NCBI GenBank assembly: GCA_038087875.1
Contig: JAXLNO010000469.1
Location: forward strand, 62,001 to 106,333
Source of the DNA: Malacoraja senta
Taxonomy: Eukaryota
DNA length: 44,333 nucleotides
Reading direction: 5' to 3'
Shown here piece after piece: positions 20,991-35,067 of this stretch. The position numbers and the translations under genes are program-made. The notes under the pieces were generated by a model. It had not been told where the DNA came from. It saw only the letters and a program-made list of their open reading frames with translations, and did no database searches. Within the stretch, counting starts at the first letter, position 1. Every line of letters starts with the position of its first letter.

Positions 20991-21359
20991 ATTCTGTACA
21001 CTGTAAATGGCTCGATTGTAATCATGTATTGTCTTTCTGCTGACTGGATAGCGCGCAACAAAAAGCTTTTGGTCCCCTAATTTGAGGAAGGGACATTCTT
21101 GCTATTGAGGGAGGTTCCCCAGGTTAATTCCCAGTATTCCTAGCCAATACTGTCATTTGCACTTTATCAGTATATTGACCATTGTGTATATATTTATAGA
21201 ATGCCTTGTAGTCAATGCCTACTATGTTCTGTTGTGCTCAAGCAAAGCAAGAATTTCATTGTCCTACCAGGGACACATGACAATAAACTCACTTGACTTG
21301 ACACTTGACCACCTTATCTAGTTCTCGGAGGTCCTGCACAAGCCGGAATGTTCCGCCTG

Positions 21360-23172
<1,813 letters not shown>

Positions 23173-23207
23173 TTTTTCCTGCGAAGATCTCTCGAACATA
23201 GACACAA

Positions 23208-23249
23208 AATGGGTCTGACGAAGGGTCTCGACCCGAAACATCACCCATT
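23208..23249 (+). ncRNA. Type I hammerhead ribozyme motif with 7-bp helix I
   Basis: AATGGGT-CTGACGA-A-GGGT CTCG ACCC-GAAACATC-ACCCATT. Helix I (AATGGGT/ACCCATT) is perfect; helix III is ACAT instead of ACGT (probable CpG decay). Confidence 0.68.
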
Positions 23250-24080
23250 CCTTCTCTCCAGAGATGCTGCCCGTCCCGCTGAGTTACTCCAGCAGTTTGT
23301 GTCTATATCTTCATTGTTTCAAGTGGCAGGGAGTATAAGACAGTTTGTGTGTGTTTGCCTCGCTATAGTTCATCATTTGAGGACTAGTAAATCTCTAGTA
23401 TTCCCCCTTCGGCCCAACTTGCCCACACCGGCCAACATGCCCCATCTACACTAATCGCACCTGCCCGAGTTTGGCCCTTATCCCTCCAAACCCGTCCTAT
23501 CCAAGGTTGACGCAGAAAGCTGGAATAACTCCGCGGGACAGGCAGCATCTCTGGAGAGAAGGGATGGGTGACGTTTCCGGTGGAGACGCTACTTCTTCGG
23601 GCTGTTTGAGGGACATGAGGGCAACTAGGCATCAGGCTTCAGCGCCGCTCTCTCTCAGCGAACGTTTCCGATCGAGACCCTTCACCAGACTGAGAGTCGG
23701 GGAGAGGGAAATGAGAGATATGGAAGAGTGCGGTGTGAAGTAAACAGATCAAAGGGGATGGAGTATCTCTCTATGACTGCTTTATATCAAATCTGATTTT
23801 CTCTGCACCCTTCCCCTCCTGACCCTCGGGTATGAAAAGGTACAGAACAAATTCTGTACCTATTTCAGCAGATGCTGGTTTAAACCGAAGTTAGACACAA
23901 AATGCTGGAGTTACTCAGCGGGACAGGCAGCGTCTCTGGAGTGACATTTCGGGTTGAGACGTCTCTAGCTTTTTGTTTCTTATCTCCACCTTAAAGTTAT
24001 TTCTCTGTGATGGTTTGTTTGCACTTTTCTACAGAGCACGTATTTATTTTAACCACACATTCATGTTCTTTCCGTTGCAG

Positions 24081-24138
24081 GGGTGACAGAGGACGTGGTC
24101 GTGGGCGTTTTGGGTCTCGGGGGTGGCCCAGTAGGAGG
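24081..24138 (+). CDS. ILF2: ILF2 exon 2; apparent extra G in the G5 run at 24119-24123
   Basis: gcAG|G GGT GAC AGA...GG|GTacgt. Corrected reading is GDRGRGRGRFGSRGGPVG(G). The exon is 58 bp, but flanking phases require a multiple of 3. Confidence 0.88.
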
Positions 24139-24299
24139 GTACGTGTCGCCAGAGATGAGTTTGTTGAAGTTTCTGTACTTTTGGGAATCCAGATTTTATT
24201 TAGCGTGGAGATTCACCGCGGAAACAGGCCTTTGGCCTTCCGACCAGCGATCCCCGCACACCACACATCCCACACACACGAGGGACTATTGTACATTTT

Positions 24300-24497
24300 T
24301 ATGCCAAGCCAATTAACCTACAAACCTGTACGTCTTTGGAGTGTGGGAGGAAACCAGAGCACCTGGAGAAACCCACACAGGTCACGGGTACAACGTAATA
24401 CTCTGTACAAACAAGCACCCGCAGTCAGGATCGAACCCGGGTCTCTGGAGCTGGAAGCACTGTAAGGCAGCAACTCTACCGCTGCGCCACCTTGCCG
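24300..24497 (-). mobile_element. tRNA-derived V-SINE-like element
   Basis: Minus strand has A-box GGTGGCGCAGCGGTAGAG, B-box GGTTCGATCC and a central ...TTCCTCCCACACTCCAAAGAC domain. Confidence 0.8.
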
Positions 24498-24532
24498 CCC
24501 TTACTAACTTGAAACTTTTGTTTTCTCAACAG

Positions 24533-24575
24533 GTTCAGACCTTTCGTCCCTCACATCCCATTTGACTTCTATGTG
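24533..24575 (+). CDS. ILF2: ILF2 exon 3
   Basis: acAG|G TTC AGA...GTG|GTaagt; FRPFVPHIPFDFYV; 43 bp. Confidence 0.95.
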
Positions 24576-24651
24576 GTAAGTCACAGTTCATTCATCTTTA
24601 AGGTATTTATATTGGTTGGGCATTGCATTCAGATCATTGCAGCCTGAAGAC

Positions 24652-24912
24652 TGCAATGACCAGGTTCAGGAATAGCTACTTCCCCACAGCCATCAGGTTA
24701 TTAAACTTGGCTCGGACAAAACTCTGAATATTAATAACCCATTATCTGTTATTTGCACTTTATCAGTTTATTTATTCATGTGTATATATTTATATAATGG
24801 TATATGGACACACTGATCTGTTCTGTAGTCAATGCCTACTATGTTCTGTTGTGCTGAAGCAAAGCAAGAATTTCATTGTCCTATCAGGGACACATGACAA
24901 TAAACTCACTTG
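24652..24912 (+). mobile_element. Rex1/Babar-like LINE 3' end
   Basis: TRFRNSYFPTAIRLLN-like coding, then a tail ending CAATAAACTCACTTGA. The same tail occurs at ~21150-21305. Confidence 0.65.
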
Positions 24913-25189
24913 AATTCTGTGGGCGGCCATCTTATAGCATTACCTCATTCCTTGCATGGGAAACCGGAGGAAGCCCGCATGGTCGCAGGGAGAATGTGCC
25001 AACTCCACACAGAGAGCTCCTCGGGTTTGGGTGGAACCCCCCGTCATTGGTGCTGTGAGGCAGCGGCTCTACCAGCTGCCCCACCGTGTCTCCCTGGTGC
25101 GCATGGCAACCACTTTGGGGATGGTCGCCTCATCATTGTATACGCATGCCTTCCCTCGCTTCGAGAGTGCTGTCATTTCCAGTCTGCAT

Positions 25190-25680
25190 TGGGAGCGAAA
25201 AAGGGACCACATCCCCCCCGATCCTGGCCTCTCTCCACTGACTCCCTGTGCGGTTCTGTATAAATTTCAAGACCCTCCTCTATGTCTACAAAGCCCTCAA
25301 TGGGCTTGCACCCACCTACATTAAAAGTCTTCTCACCCACCACACCATCTCCAGGTCCCTCAAATCGGCCGACTTGGGGTTGCTGAACATCCCGCGGTCT
25401 AGGCATAAGCTCAGGGGCGACCGGGCCTTTGCGGTTGCAGCTCCTAGACTGTGGAACAGCATCCCCCTTCCCATCAGAACTGCCCCCTCCATCGACTCCT
25501 TTAAGTCTAGACTAAAAACTTATCTATACTCCCAAGCCTTTCCCGACGTCCTCTGAGCGTGAGCTATATGTATATATGTATGTAGTTTGTTTGTTTATAC
25601 TATTCTTATAACAAATGTAAAGCACTTTGGCCAACGAGAGTTGTTTTTTAAATGTGCTATAGAAATAAATGTGACTTGAC
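25190..25680 (+). mobile_element. L2-clade LINE 3' end
   Basis: FKTLLYVYKALNGLAPTYI...GDRAFAVAAPRLWNSIP..FKSRLKTYLY, with tail AAATAAATGTGACTTGACT. Confidence 0.85.
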
Positions 25681-25972
25681 TAGTTTAGAGAAAAATGTGG
25701 AAACATGCCCTTCGGCCCACTGAGTCCAGAGGTCACCGCGTACACTAGAACTATCCTACACACACTGGGGACAACTTGCAGTTTAACCAAGCTAATTAGC
25801 CTACAAACCCGTTCGTCTTTGGAGTGTGGGAGGAAACGGAGATCCTGGAGAAAACCCACGCAGGTCACGGGGAGAACGTACGAACTCCGTACAGACAGCA
25901 CCCGTGGTCAGGATCGAGCCCGGGTCTCCAGCGCTGTGAGGCAGCAGCTCTACCTGCTGCGCCACTGTGCCG
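25681..25972 (-). mobile_element. tRNA-derived V-SINE-like element
   Basis: Same head, body and tail as 36351-36634. Confidence 0.8.
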
Positions 25973-26692
25973 CACAAAGTATTTTAAGGTGTGCTTTCAA
26001 GGTGATGTTGCTGCTTTTTCGATCAAGATGATATGAAATGGCTGCTGTCTGTTCCATTGCTGTGAAAGACCAAATGACCTCACTGGGAAATGGAATGGAG
26101 GCTTCTGAGCCACCAATTAACATGTAAATAAAGTGTTTAAGACATTATCTCATTCACAGTGCAGTGAGTGTCAGTGAATTTCAAAATTGGTATCATTAAC
26201 ATGAAACACTTTTGAAATGTTTTGATGTTTTAGGACGATATTATGCAAATGTGAGCATATCTTTTCAGTGAATTGAATACATCTTGACCCTGGTGTCTTG
26301 GCTTGTTGTTCAGTCTTGTCCCTTTGTACTTGAGGCGGAGACTGCTTTTATGTCGAGTTTGCTTGTGATGTTAATTTTCCCATTGAGCAGTCTGTTGGGT
26401 CCGTGAATGAATGATTATTGGAATAGCTAGCGTCATACAGCAAGAAAACAGGCCTTTCTGCCCAACGCCCTCTCACCTTAAACCTCTGCCCTCTGGTTCT
26501 TCATTCCCCAACTCTGGGGAGAAGACCCTAATAGAATCATAGAGTCATGCAGCCTGAAAATAGGCCATTTGGCCCGACTTGTCCATGCTGACCACAATGC
26601 CCCACCAATACCTTCTGAACCTTCTGAATTTTGTAGTCAACAGGGCAGTACTCTGCATATCGTCAACTTGGACAATTTAAAATTTTTATAAA

Positions 26693-26885
26693 TGCCAATT
26701 AACCTACAAACCTGTCCGTCTTTGGAGTGTGGGAGGAAACTGAAGATCTCGGAGAAAACCCACGCAGATCACGGGAGAACGTACAAACTCCACACAGACA
26801 GCACCCATAGTCGGGATTGAACCCGGGTCTCTGGCGCTGCATTTTGCTGTAAGGCAGCAACTCTACCGCTGTGCCACCGTGACTG
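26693..26885 (-). mobile_element. tRNA-derived V-SINE-like element
   Basis: CACGGTGGCACAGCGGTAGAGTTGCTGCC...GGTTCAATCC on the minus strand. Confidence 0.8.
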
Positions 26886-27092
26886 CCCATATACTAGCCC
26901 ACACTGCCCATACATCTAAACCTTTCCTATCCAAATGTCATTCAAATGTTATCGTACCTACGACCTCCTCCGGCAGTTAGTTCCACAACCCTCTGTGTGG
27001 GGAAAGTTGCCACTCGTGTTCCCATTAACTCTTTCCCCTCTCACCTTAAACTTATACTCTCTAGTTCTTGATTTCCCTACTCTAGGGGAATA

Positions 27093-27628
27093 GTCAAGTC
27101 ACATTTATTTCTATAGCACATTTAAAAAACAACTCTCGTTGGCCAAAGTGCTTTACATTTGTTATAAGAATAGCATAAACAAAACAAACTACATACATAT
27201 ATACATGTAGCCCTCACTCAGAGGACGTCAGGAAAGGCTTGGGTGTATAGATACGTTTTTAGTCTTGACTTAAAAGAGTCGATGGAGGGGGCAGTTCTGA
27301 TGGGAAGGGGGATGCTGTTCCACAGTCTAGGAGCTGCAACCGCAAAGGCATGGTCGCCCCTGAGCTTATGCCTAGACCGTGGGATATTCAGCAACCCCAA
27401 GTCGGCCGATCTAAGGGGCCTGGAGGTGGAGCGGTGGGTGAGAAGACTTTTTATGTAGGTGGGGGCAAGCCCATTGAGAGCTTTGTAGACATGGAGGAGG
27501 ATCTTGAAGTTTATACGGAACCGCACAGGCAGCCAGTGGAGAGAGGCCAGGATCGGGGTGATGTGGTCCCTTTTTCGGGTGCCCGTCAGGAGTCTCGCTG
27601 CGGCGTTTTGGACCAGTTGCAGGCGGGA
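27093..27628 (-). mobile_element. L2-clade LINE 3' fragment
   Basis: LQLVQNAAARLLTGTRKRDHITPILASLHWLPV...RLWNSIP. Confidence 0.9.
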
Positions 27629-28317
27629 CAGGAATAGGCTGTGCATTTCACCCAATCTATTTCCCCTCATGATTTTACACCCGTCTAAACACCCCCCAGC
27701 CAAGGAATAAACTCCTGGCCTGCCCAACCGCTCCCTGTAGTTCAAGTCCTGCCATTAGGACTGTAAACCTACCTCACCGGGGACTGTCTTACTGTACCAA
27801 TTTACTGTTGTGTCTTTGTAAAATTGCTGGTTTTTTGGGGGGGGGGTTTCTCACAAATATGTAATTACTGATTATGTTCTATTCTGTTTTGTAGTTTTTT
27901 GGGGGGGTTTTGCACAATCCGCAAGCATTGCCACTTTTCATTTCACTGCACATCTTGTATGCGTATGTGACAAATAAACTTGACTTGACAAACATCCTCA
28001 TAAATCTCTCTGCGCTCTTAGAGGGGCAAGATTTTTCAGTGTGTATCCACAGGGAATAATCCCCTGGAATCTGAACGGAAGAACCGTGGCTGTACAAGAG
28101 CTTGCGAGATGCCATTCCCGTTGAAACCAAATGCCTCAAGCAAGGAGCAATGGCAATTTCAATCCTTTCCATTGTCATTACTACGCAGGCAGGGAGGAGT
28201 GGACGAATTTACGGAGTCGATAACAAAAAATAATCTTCCGGTCGTTATTTCCAGTTTAATTGATTCTTTCTTGAAGTCGTTGTAAAAACAAAGAAGTGAA
28301 CATACCAGGTCCTCTTT

Positions 28318-28747
28318 AGAAACATAGAAAATAGGTGCAGGAGTAGAGGCCATTCGGCCCTTCGAGCCTGCACCGCCATTCAATGTGATCATGGCTGATC
28401 ATCCAACTCAGTATCCTGTACCTGCCTTCTCTCCATACCCCCTGATCCCTTTAGCCACAAGGGCCACATCTAACTCCCTCTTAAATATAGCCAATGAACT
28501 GGCCTCAACTACTTTCTGTGGCAGAGAATTCCACAGTTTCATCACTCTCTGTGTGAAAAATGTTTTTCTCATCTCGGTCCTAAAAGACTTCCCCCTTATC
28601 CTTAAACTGTGACCCCTTGTTCTGGACTTCCCCAACATCGGGAACAATCTTCTTGCATCTAGCCTGTCCAACCCCTTAAGAATTTTGTATGTTTCTATAA
28701 GATCACTCCTCAATCTTCTAAATTCCAGCGATTACAAGCCGAGTCTT
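28318..28747 (-). mobile_element. CR1 LINE 3' fragment
   Basis: DLIETYKILKGLDRL...RTRGHSL...FFTQRV. Confidence 0.88.
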
Positions 28748-29920
28748 TATTCTTATACCAATTGTAGCTTTCCATTCTTACTATCTGAACTGGTATCGAG
28801 CCCTGGTCTCCAGTGCTGCATTCACTGTAAGGCAGCATCTCTACCGCTGTGCCACTGTGCCTCCTATTGAATGGCAGAGAAGACTTGATGACGAAAATGG
28901 CCTAATTCTGCTCCAATGGCATCTGACCGTATGACTTTACCAAATGACCCACCAAGCTGCCCGACCGTTCCCACTCTGCCAGAGCCTGCAAACCCTGCTT
29001 AGACTCTGCATCCTGGCAGCAAGACAACCTTAGTCTGGCACAGTGTTGCCCTTTCAGTTCAATCCTATAACATTACCAGGACTGCAGACACAATCTTCCA
29101 CAGGGTCTAACTTCCATTTTAGCTGCAGGAGTAGAGGCCATTCTGCCCTTCGAGCCAGCACCGCCATTCAATATAATCATGGCTGATCATCCACCATCAG
29201 CACCCCGTTCCTGCTTTCTCCCCTGATTCCGTTAGCAATAAGAGCTAAATCTAACTCTCTCTTGAAAACATCCAGTTTGTACACTTTGCAATCTCACTGC
29301 TCTGATATTCCATGCCTCAGCTGATTAAAGTCTTAATCAACTTACCAACCTGTGCCTTCTGTCAACCTGCCCTGGAATATAATCTTGATTTCTCCACAGA
29401 ATTTCTAACCCACCCACTTACCGTGTCCCTTGCCCTTTGTTCAATTATAGATTCTGGCAATCTGTAGCTTTAATGTGAGATTAGTTTCGACAGCTGTGTT
29501 TCATTCTATGCGGGTGCGACGAACTGTACAGTCTCCTGCGCTGTCAAATTTCTTAAGTTTGCGGTCCTTGCCAGTCTTTGCCTCCGGTGACCATTTTAAT
29601 CACGCTTCCTACAGTCTGAAATCTTCCAAGTATGTCAGGAAAATCAGCTAGCTGTGCGCTGACTCCTTCAAAAACCGACTGGGGAACAGTTATGAAAATA
29701 CCATATCAACCAGTCTATCCATTTTGCTTCCTGGCATTGAAGCTAATGTAGACTTTGTGGGATCTGAAATCAAAGCTCAACATGCTGGTAGTGCTGTCCA
29801 GAGAAGTCAGTATCTAGAGACATTTCAGGTCAACAACTAACTATCAGAAATGTAATCTGAAATGCGTCTGCTTTCCGTGGATGCTGTCTGACTGGCAAAG
29901 TGTTCCAGCATTTTTTTTAA

Positions 29921-30365
29921 GCAAAGAACTGCAGATGCTGGAAAAATCGAAGGTAGGCAAAAATGCTGGAGTATCTCAGCGGGTGAGGCAGCATCTATGG
30001 AGAGAAGGAATAGGCGACGTTTCAGTTCGAGACCATGATCTATTCCTTCTCTCCATAGATGCTGCCTCACCCGCTGAGTTCCTCCAGCATTTTTGTCTAC
30101 CGGCGTGTTTTCAGATAGGTACAAAATGGCGGAGCAACTCAGTGGGACAGGCAGCATCTCAATTTGTTTTGTATAGTTTATTGTTATGTGTACCAAGGTA
30201 CAGTGAAAAGCTTTTGTTTTCTTGCTATTCAGTCAGCGGAAAGAAGGGCCTCGACCCGAAACGTCACCCATTCCTTCTCCAGAGATGCTGCCTGGCCCGC
30301 TGAGTTACTCCAGCATTTCGTGTCTGTCTTCGGTGTAAATCAGAATCTGCAGTTCCTTCCTACAC
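29921..30365. mobile_element. Cluster of Penelope-derived terminal repeats, including an inverted pair (29953-30012 / 30040-30101)
   Basis: Family body GATGCTGCCTCACCCGCTGAG..CTCCAGCATTTTTGTCTACC in both orientations; partial hammerhead at ~30241-30265. Confidence 0.75.
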
Positions 30366-30449
30366 TTTTTGTTTAGGACTTAATTCCTTGGAGTGCATGA
30401 GGCTGAGGGGTCTATAGGATTGTGAGGGTGAATGCATAGTCGTTTACCC

Positions 30450-30998
30450 AGAGTACAGTTTTGGTCTCCTAATTTGAGGAAGCACATCCTTGTGATTGAG
30501 GCAGTGCAGCGTAGGTTCACGAGATTGATCACTGGGATGGCAGGACTGTCATATGAGGAAAGATTGAAAAGACTAGGCTTGTATTCATTGGAGTTTAGAA
30601 GAATGAGGGGGGATCTTATAGAAACATATAAAATTATAAAAGGACTGGACAAGCTAGATGCAGGAAAAATGTTCCCAATGTTGGGCGAGTCCAGAACCAG
30701 GGGCCACAGTCTTAGAGTAAAGGGGAGGCCATTTAAGACTGAGGTGAGAAAAAACTTTTTCACCCAGAGAGTTGTGAATTTGTGGAATTCCCTGCCACAG
30801 AGGGCAGTGGAGTCCAAATCACTGGATGGATTTAAGAGAGAGTTAGATAGAGCTCTAGGGGCTAGTGGAGTCAAGGGATATGGGGAGAAGGCAGGCACGG
30901 GTTATTGATAGGGGACGATCAGCCATGATCACAATGAATGGCGGTGCTGGCTCAAAGGGCCGAATGGCCTCCTCCTGCACCTATTTACTATGTTTCTA
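30450..30998 (+). mobile_element. CR1 LINE 3' fragment
   Basis: ORF 30432-30908 is the CR1 C-terminus, followed by the 3' UTR. Confidence 0.9.
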
Positions 30999-31547
30999 GT
31001 ACGGGCATCAAGAATCGGAGAACATCTGTAGAGGACATAGATTTTCTGTGAGAGGGGAAAGATTTAAAAGGAAAACTGAGGGGCAACTTTTTCGCTCAGA
31101 GGGTGATGGGTATTTGATTGAGCAGCCAGAGGCAGGTGCAATAACCACTTTGTAAAAGCCACTTGGACAGGTACATGGATAGGAAATGTTTAGAGGGATA
31201 TGGGACATAATGGAGCTCTCTCTCTTGGTTTCTCGAGTGCGCTCTCTCTCTCTCTCTCTCTCCCTGCAACTATGTGCCTACATACTCTTTTGACAGGCTG
31301 TTCAATGTGCATGGCACTGTAGCTGAGGTTCATTCGACAGCTTGTCCCTGTGTTATTTAACAAGAATTCAATTGACTCTGGACTCAGTGGATTAACTTGC
31401 ATTTCATAACAGTAAACACCGGCCAATTTCCTCCCCTGTTCCCTTAATCTATTGACCTTGATAACGTTCATCTCCCAGCCTCACAGTTTAGTTCCCTCCC
31501 GATTCAAGTGTCGTAAGTAACGACAGCAGAAAAATTAAATTCTTGCT

Positions 31548-31680
31548 TAAGAAGGAACTGCAGATGCTGGAAAATCGAAGGCAGACAAAAATGCTGGAGA
31601 AACTCAGCGGGTGAGGCAGCATCTATGGGGCGAAGGAAATAGGCGACGTTTCGGGCCGAAGCCCTTCTTCAGACGTGAAG
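31548..31680 (-). mobile_element. Penelope-derived mini-insertion with 11-bp TSD
   Basis: AAATTCTTGCT at 31537-31547 and 31681-31691. Confidence 0.75.
31645..31672 (-). ncRNA. Hammerhead ribozyme motif with compensatory stem II and UUCG tetraloop
   Basis: Minus strand reads CTGAAGA-A-GGGC TTCG GCCC-GAAACGTC. Confidence 0.7.
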
Positions 31681-32019
31681 AAATTCTTGCTGCAGCTTCA
31701 CAGGGCCCATAAACACGCAGATAATATCTGAAAATCAAAAATACATTCAATCAATCGTGGTAATACCAAGTAACCGCGATGACTGTAACCGTGCAAAATC
31801 AAAGTGCATAGTGCAACCGAAGGCGCGGTCCTCAGAAGATCGCCGTTGCTGGGGTTAGTGTTGTGCAGTGAGCTCGCAGCAATGTCACCGAGCCTGAGAG
31901 TGTCCAGGTGCTCGGCTTTCCCACCACATGCCAAAGATGTGCAGGTTGGAAGATTCATTGGCTTCTGTACGTTGCCCCTAGTGTGTAGGACGTCAAACTG
32001 GGATAACATTGAACGAGAG

Positions 32020-32417
32020 CAGGGCCTCCAAACCTTTCAGCATGAGGGCCATGTTCTATATTTGGCACAATTTTTGCAGGGCCGTACATGAACTCACACT
32101 CGCACGCGCACGCACTCATTCACACACACTTGCTCACACTGTCACACGCACTCTCACACTCACTCTCTCACACACTCTCTCACTCTCTCTCACACTCACC
32201 CACCCACTCATTGGCCACCGCTGTGGCCGACCTTCACTGTCTCTCCGGGGCCATCGACAGTAACCTGTCAGCAGCTGCACACAAACCCTCAACTTGATAG
32301 CCTACGGTAAGTTCCCGCACCACCACAGAACCCGCTAAATAGCCCGCCGCACGGAACGTGTTAAGACCTTGTTGCGGGCTGGATGTGGCCCGCGGGCCAT
32401 AGTTTGGAGACCCCCTG
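32020..32417. mobile_element. hAT (Charlie-like) non-autonomous DNA transposon nested in a SINE tail
   Basis: Ends CAGGGCCTCCAAAC / GTTTGGAGACCCCCTG; subterminal GGATGTGGCCCGCGGGCC; 8-bp flanks AACGAGAG/GACTAGAG. Confidence 0.7.
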
Positions 32418-32467
32418 GACTAGAGTAATGGTGATTGTTGGTCAGCGCGGACTTAGTGTATCTCTAA

Positions 32468-32890
<423 letters not shown>

Positions 32891-33320
32891 TAATGTACAA
32901 GAAACCATCAGCCACCTCCAAATATGGAGTTGTTTTTCACTCTTTGCCAAAAGCCAGCCATCCAAATGGCATCTTCTGGCCCCCTTCTTATCTGATTAAC
33001 CTCTTCCACTTACATAACAAAACCTCGTAAGAGAGCTGTGAACTATTCAACTTAAGTTTAAAAAAAAAAACTTGTCACGATGGGAGTTGTCCAAATCCCA
33101 TCATGCATTACAATTTTCTTTTTTACAACAGGAAAGCTTAAATATGACAACAATCAATTAATAACTAACTCTTTTAGTGGTGCAAAGCTTTTGCCACATC
33201 CCCGATGAGCAGAGGGTGCAGAAATAGTCCGCTGTGCCCGCGTGCAAGAGAAGGCCTGGCGTCTAGTCTGCGCTCTGGTTCTTATGAGCACTGCCCTTTC
33301 CAGGCGAGCCCCAGTCTCTG

Positions 33321-34361
33321 TAGCAATGTTACAAAATGTTGAGATTTAAAAAATAAAGTCTGCAATTTATCCCATCAGATAAAGCATAAAAAGAAGTTTA
33401 ATTTGACACTTAATTCACTTTCATATCTTCAGTATTAAAAAAGTTATGGCCATTATCATACTCAGAAATTAGCATCTTGTTCCCTATTGCTTTTCCATTG
33501 ACTTAACACAAAAGCTGTGATCGAGGACAGTTAAAAGCCCATAACTTTCTTAAAAATTATGGTAACTGAAAGAAATTTTCAGGTATTATAGATTGAAGCA
33601 TTCTGAAACAAATATGAAACAATCTTACTTCGAAGACATGAAAGTAAAGCATATAATTAGTTAGTTACCTAATTGTAGCTAATTACAAAATTCAATTACT
33701 AGATCTAAACATCTATCAATTTCTTAAGAATAGATTAACATTTTTAAATAGCCTAAGTGTCCAAATAACATTCACACAATAATTCACAATATAACATAAT
33801 TTTTAAATCTAATTTTCATGAATTTACAGGCCAAATGGAAGGAATTGAATGTTTAATACCTGTAAATTAATGGGCATTTAATTCATCTTGCGAGTGAGAA
33901 TTTCTGGAACGCGATCTTTTGGAACGTTCATTTGCGGTGAATTTAACCCCGTATTGGCATGAAAAATACTGCCGTTAATTCGGGGAATAAAATCACCGTG
34001 TCGCATGAAAAAATGTGAATTAAAGGCTTCTTAAGAAGCACTTTTATACATTTAAAGAAAGCACTTTTGTTTACCTGTCCATTGTGTGAAATCCGTCCCC
34101 GTTATTGGCGTTGACGCTTCAGGAGCTGCTTTTAAAATGACTGTAGCGCTGACATTGACGATTTAATTTTTAAAAAAAATTCCCAAAAAGCCGGTAGGAA
34201 CGATTTTGTCAGCGAAGTTTTGTACTCCAACAAAATATTTCCAGGACAGGGGAGGATAAACCGCGTTTTAACCCCGCCCCCCCCTTAAAGGCGCCAAAAT
34301 CGCGCACACGGCCAGTGGCAGAATTACAGCGCGACTGAAGGTAAGTTTTGTAACATACCTA
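33321..34361. mobile_element. ~1.04-kb non-autonomous TIR transposon (hAT-like)
   Basis: TIRs TAGCAATGTTACAAAA / TTTTGTAACATACCTA; direct repeat GTCTCTG on both sides (33314-33320, 34362-34368); AT-rich interior without a long ORF. Confidence 0.75.
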
Positions 34362-34449
34362 GTCTCTGCGGGGCATCTGGCCATCGCCTTCCTTGGACAC
34401 GACCTCCCGCTCCACGCCCAAACACCTCTCCTTTTGGCTTAGTTTATTT

Positions 34450-34980
34450 TAGACAATAGGTGCAGGAGTAGGTCATTCGGCCCTCCGAGCCAGCACCGCC
34501 ATTCAGTACCCACCGTTCCTGCCTTCTCCCCATATCCCCTGACTCTGCTATTTTTAAGAGCCCTATCTAGCTCTCTCTTGAAAGCATCCAGAGAACCTGC
34601 CTCCACCACCCTCTGAGGCAGAGAATTCCACAGACTCACAACTCTGTGAGATAAAGTGTTTCCTCGTCTCCGTTCTAAATGGCTTACTCCTTATTCTTAA
34701 ACTGTGTGTAGCCCCTGGTTCTCCCCCAACATCGGGAACATGTTTCCCGCCTCTAGCGTGTCCAAACCCTTAACAATCTTATATGTTTCAATGAGATCAC
34801 CTCTCATCCTTCTAAACTCCAGAGTGTACAAGCCCAGCTGCTCCATTCTCTCAGCATATGACAGACCCACCATCCTGGGAATTAACCTTGTAAACCTACG
34901 CTGCACTCCCTCAATAGCAAGAATGTCCTTCCTCAAATTAGGGGACCAAAACTGCACACAATGCTCCAGGTGTGGTCTCT
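34450..34980 (-). mobile_element. CR1 LINE 3' fragment
   Basis: RPHLEHCVQFWSPNLRKDILAIEGVQRRFTRLIP. Confidence 0.88.
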
Positions 34981-35067
34981 GATGATTTCTGAGAAAACCC
35001 ACGCAGGTCACGGGGAGAAGGTACAAATTCCGTAGTCACGATCGAACCCGGGTCTCTAGCACTGTAA

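Noticed and set aside
28020..29880. Apparently unique intronic stretches (28020-28316, 29300-29880) as nested exons or snoRNAs
   Set aside because: No recognisable peptide, splice-bounded frame or convincing C/D or H/ACA layout by eye; would need a conservation search.
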